Origin: Vitrella brassicaformis CCMP3155
Lineage: Eukaryota; Protista; Chromerida
Assembly: GCA_001179505.1 (NCBI GenBank)
Contig: CDMY01000369.1
Span: forward strand, 33,935-97,934
Reading direction: 5' to 3'
Length of the DNA: 64,000 nt
In this document: piece by piece, positions 59,523 through 64,000 of the stretch
Position numbering within the stretch: the stretch's first letter is position 1
How the letters are laid out: each line of letters opens with the position of its first letter
Notes under the pieces: generated by a model
Told to the model about the DNA's origin: nothing
Seen by the model: only the letters and a program-made list of their open reading frames with translations
The model's database searches: none
Program-made: the position numbers and the translations under genes

Positions 59523-60907
59523 TCAGAAGAGTGCGGGGAAGGGCGTGAGTTTGGGCAGGAAGGCGTATGTGTGTGCCTTGTAGGCCTCGAAGCCGGGGTA
59601 CCGCGAGAGCGACTTGTCCTTCTTGGTGGCATTGGGGACGAACACCCCCAGCCACCACACCAGACACACACACCAACCGACCCAGCTCTTGGCCATCATG
59701 CAGTACCTGACACACACACACGCACACATCACAACACAACACATTTGTCTGCAGCCAGCGAGTCGCGACTCACCCGGCGTAGATCAGGACCTCCCCGAGG
59801 TATCCTGGGTTGCGTGTGCGCTGGTACATGCCATCGGTGATAAGGCCCTTCCTGTACTTGAGCATGCAGTACGTCTGCGCGTCCGTCACGAACTGAATGA
59901 ACCAACCATAGAATTGAATGGCGTCACAGTAGTCGACAAGGAGAGGCGGCTTGGCTTTCCTTCTCTCTCTCCAAGCCAGCCAGCCCACCTACATTTAGGA
60001 AGATGCCCCACATAAAGGAGAAGAGCGCCAGGCCGATGCGCCAGGGGGGCAGCTCGCGAGTGGTCCACGCCTGTCGTGAGTGACACAACAGAGGACGGAT
60101 GGAAGAACACACACACACAGAAGTGGGGTTGCGGTAGGTAAGTGTGAGTGTCTGTCGTGGGCCGGCCTTACGAGGGCTACGGCGATGGAGAGGTAGCTGT
60201 TGGCCATCGTGAAGGTCATCCAGAACTCGGCGTTGCCCAGCTCGAACTCAAAATTCTGCCACACACATCAATCACACATATCAGTGAGTGATGCCTCCCT
60301 CCTGTGCGCCGCGCCCATTCTTCCGCTGCTCTGCTCACCTTGAAGGGGAAGGTCTGCACCCACCGAGCAAAGCACACAAAGCGCCACAGCAGCAAGCAGA
60401 AAGTGCACACAATGCCGGCCGGCGTCTGTCGATCGATCTGTGTGGTGGGTGTTGGGTGCGCTGCGCTCACCGAGTAGATGGTGATCCAGAAGAGGGCGTA
60501 GCAGGTGTGCATGACGAAGTACACCACAATGGGCAGCTCGTAGTTGTTGAAAGCCACCATCATCAGCATGATGAAGACGGGCACAAACGCCTTGTGGAGA
60601 TTGATGGCCTGGTTCGCTGATCAAGTGACACACACAGGCCAACCACACACACACACACACGCGTGTACAACGGACCGTCAGCACACCCTCCCTCCCTTCC
60701 TCCCCTTCCGCGTGTCTGTCTTTCGTTGTCTTCTTACTTACTTGTCTTAAAGCCGAATGTGGGTCCGAATCTGATGTCCGCTATATCAGTGCCATAGAGG
60801 GGGCCCGACGGCTTGGCCGCCGCCTCATCCTTCTTGACAGCGGCGTCCAGCTGCTCAGTGCTGCCACTGGCAGTGCTGGGGGGCGTGCGGGTGTCGGGAG
60901 GCGCCAT
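59523..60907 (-). CDS. DUF1295 / steroid 5-alpha-reductase-like (ICMT-fold) membrane protein
   Basis: AINLHK, MHTCYALFWI, DAQTYCMLKYRKGLITDGMYQRTRNPGYLGEVLIYAG, KDKSLSRYPGFEAYK. Confidence 0.82.
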
Positions 60908-61937
60908 TGTCACTGTGCTGTGCGCTGGTCAGGTGTGTTGTCAGAAGGTCAAAGGGGCCCACTGCGCTCCGAAGAATCTGAAAAGATGAAGGCTCAGAGT
61001 GCTGGCTCCACCCCGACGATGTCACGTGTGTGTGTACGTTGAGCTGACGTCAGATCTCCCCGCTTGTGTCGCCCGAAATGTCGCGCGCTGACGAAACCCT
61101 GAAACCCAAACCCTGCATTCGGAAACCCTGCAGATGTTGCACACAGTCAATACGTCAGTCAATTGATTGATTCACGAAGGCGCGAAAAAGTCATCGATAC
61201 ACACACACAGCCATACATGTGGGTGGCTGGCTGCGCTCACAAATACCGCACAGACCAACCGCCCCACTCACTCAGTCACTCACCACGCACACACTGTGAG
61301 TGTCATCTCATGCACCGATCACTCGTGTCGTTCAGCTGTCTGTCTGTCTGTCTGTCTGCCTGTCTGTGTGTTAGCCACAAATATATATCAGATTCTACCT
61401 ACCATCAGCTGACTGCACCACGCACAAACGCACACATCAATCACATGTATGTATCACCCACCCAGCACTGCACTAACCTCATCCCCGACACACCACCACA
61501 CAATCACACAATCACACGATAGAGAGGCGCTCCTCTCATCCATCCATCCATCCATCCATCTGGCAAGGCAAGGCAGCTACAGCATGACACTGAGCGCACG
61601 TTGTCGATAGACAGACACGGCGCATTATCCATCCCTCTCTCTCTGCTCTCTCTATCCCTCTCTCTCTCTTTGGTCCGAAAAACGCAACTCACCATGCCAA
61701 TGGCTCACCACGCTGGCAGCATCCATCACACGCCCTTCCTCTCTGCTGATGGGCCGCCGTCTGTGGAGTGGCCAAGTAATGGTGACAATGTGAGGAATGG
61801 CCACACACTGCCGGCATCTCTCGGGCACACCACACGCAGAGGCTGCACCAGCGGCGGACAACCAAAGAAACGTCTACCCATCAGACACCGCTGCTGGCGA
61901 GACCTGCGACCAGCGACCAGCTCCGCTTCCTCTAGAT

Positions 61938-62547
61938 CTAGACATTGGGGAGCAGCCCACAGTGCCACCCCACCCCCCTCTCCCTCTCCCCGTGCCGTAT
62001 CCTGTCGAGCAGCCCCCGGTTGAAGTGCTTGAACTCAACCGCAAACACGTAGTTGTGCAGCAGCATCACCAACGCGGGAGACTTATGGGAGAACTCCCGG
62101 TACTGCTCGTCGGTCATCCACTCGCGAGCAGCGGCCAGCACGGGGGGCAGCTCGAAGCGCAGGCCCTTGAGGCCCATGTGGTGGAGGATGCTGCCGACGA
62201 CGGCGTCGACCTCCTCCTCGGTCATGTGCTCGCGGACGAGGGGGATGAGCTTCTCCTCTTCCTCGGCAAAGTGCTCTTCCATCAAAGGCACCAGCTGCTG
62301 GATCAGATTGATCACGATGTGACGCACCTTGATCTGCACAGACGCGCGAAGGGCAGGCAGGGGGTAAGGGACACCCATGTGGTGGCTTGGTGTGTGGTGT
62401 GTGGTGTGCTTGGTAGGTAGCTACCTTGTCATGGTCGTTGCTGGCTTTGTGGAAGTCCTTCTCGGCGGTGAGGATCTGATCCAATATGCCCATCATCGTC
62501 TGACACACACACACACACACACACAGAGGAGATGCATGTGTGCGTTC

Positions 62548-62595
<48 letters not shown>

Positions 62596-63202
62596 TTTCT
62601 CACTCGCTGACCTCATGGTCGGATGAGAGTGTGGCTGGAAGTTCGCTGGCGCCGACCTTCTTGGCCAGCTGGGGAAAGAAGATCTTCTCCTCGTTGGCAT
62701 GGTGCCCGTGAATGATCGGGTAGAAATACGTCCGATACCACCTGCAGCCACGCAGCCACGTACACACACAGACACACACAGACGCATCCGTACAGGGCCA
62801 CATCACAGGCCATTTGATTGCAGTCCTGAGTGCCACCCCAGACAGACCTGAAGAAGAGTTTCATCTTCCACAGGTGTGAGGCCTCTGCCTTGAGGTACGG
62901 CACACACGACGACATCTCGAGCAACTCACGACGAAGCGCCTCGTGCGGGATCAGCATCGACTGCAGGCACCAACCACACACACACAACACACACACAACA
63001 CAACGAGCCGATGTAGCCAGTGCACGTGTGAGCGAAAGGCGGATGAGTTGCTGACCATATCGGCGTAGTCGCGGGCCTCCCTGACGACGGTGGAGGTCAG
63101 TTTGCTGTGGGTGCGCGGAGGGGACGGGTGGGAGATATTGGACACCGACAGTGGACCGGGCTGAGAGGGGTCTGATGGCGAACTGGCGGTTTCCTCGACC
63201 AT
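61938..63202 (-). CDS. Hemerythrin-like (HHE cation-binding) domain protein
   Basis: PHEALRREL, HGHHANEEKIFFP, SDHE and EEHFAEEEEKLIP give the H...HxxxE...H...HxxxE di-metal pattern. Confidence 0.85.
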
Positions 63203-63511
63203 GTTACTCGCCTCTCGTTGTCAACTGAGCGTTCTGCTCCTCAGAACGTTGTTAGCTCGCATGCATGCCTCAAAAAACTCATCAAAGCGCCAAGCAGAGA
63301 GCCTCCTGTGTAGGCGGGGTGACTTCTGTACCCTTGCCAGGACACATCTTTGCGCCTGTGCGCCATTTCCTGCAGCGCAGGAATACGACCCTGAAAAAAG
63401 ACTCTGTGCGAGTGAGCAATCAATGCTGCACACAGGCCATGCCCGTAATGCATCGTGTGTTGGCCATGGCCTTGTATGCTTTGCATGCTTGAGTCACTCA
63501 GATAGATCATC

Positions 63512-63659
63512 ATGAGTCAAATGGACGTGTACAAGCGGCGGTTGTGCAAGCACTTCATCAACGGCGACGTGAGCCGCTGCATGTATGGGGTGCAGTGCAC
63601 CTGCGCCCACTCCCGGGAGGAGCTCACGGACAGGCGGTTCTGCAAACTGCTGGCGCAAG
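63512..63659 (+). CDS. 5' exon of a CCCH zinc-finger protein (continues toward the window end)
   Basis: YKRRLCKHFINGDVSRCMYGVQCTCAHSREEL = C-x10-C-x5-C-x3-H with the typical YKT/R-x-LC lead-in and AH..EEL tail. Confidence 0.7.
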
Positions 63660-64000
63660 GTCATTCAGCCATCACACGCCTGCATCCTGACAGGCAGCCA
63701 TTGGTCGACACAATGTCTGTCCGTGTGTTGGTGATTTCTCGGCTGTTTCTCCTCCTTTTCGGATGAGCGAGCGTGTATCGGACTACACTCAACCCCCTCC
63801 ACCTACCCTCATCCCGCGAGACGGCGGCGGGCCCCCCTGATGCGCATGCAACGAGAAAAGGACGTCTGCGCTGTCCACATGCAGCCGACGATGTGACTGC
63901 CGAAATCACAAGCGCCTCTGCACTAACTGTGTCAACTGCAAGCGCGGCACATGCACGAATTTTGCGTATCCGGCGGACCCGGCCGTTTGCGATGATGATG

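Noticed and set aside
1-64000. CRISPR arrays, rRNA or tRNA genes, prokaryotic operons
   Set aside because: No spaced direct-repeat array, rRNA-like segment or cloverleaf was recognised by eye. The window is spliced eukaryotic DNA; small ncRNAs cannot be excluded without Infernal or tRNAscan.

Overview
Intron-rich, GC-rich, gene-dense eukaryotic DNA. It is most consistent with a chromerid alga such as Vitrella; this is inferred from the apicortin gene, bipartite plastid-targeting leaders, and short GT-AG introns full of TG/CTGT/GGAT microsatellites. About 24 protein-coding genes can be assembled by hand from the ORF track plus splice sites: plastid FKBP, trypsin-like protease with coiled coil, MerC-like His-rich protein, small secreted Cys-rich protein, SPX-RING-Tpt1, MscS, degenerate myosin, DRC12, ALDH10-like, CFAP206, apicortin, DUF676 lipase, phytase-like protein, LKR/SDH, STE24, COX16-like, RACK1, ankyrin protein, DUF1295, hemerythrin-like protein, CCCH protein and several hypotheticals. 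There is also a young Copia-type LTR element assembled as a three-LTR tandem with a TCGGA target-site duplication, and five 300-N gaps. The most striking observation is a 9-exon, 933-aa reading frame that joins an SPX phosphate-sensor domain, a C3HC4 RING and an intact Tpt1/KptA NAD-dependent RNA 2'-phosphotransferase. Other candidates are a myosin head with broken switch I/II motifs, paired TTGCGAGCT promoter motifs, and a 27-bp element duplicated 48 kb apart. All gene models are manual predictions; no RNA data or database searches were available.
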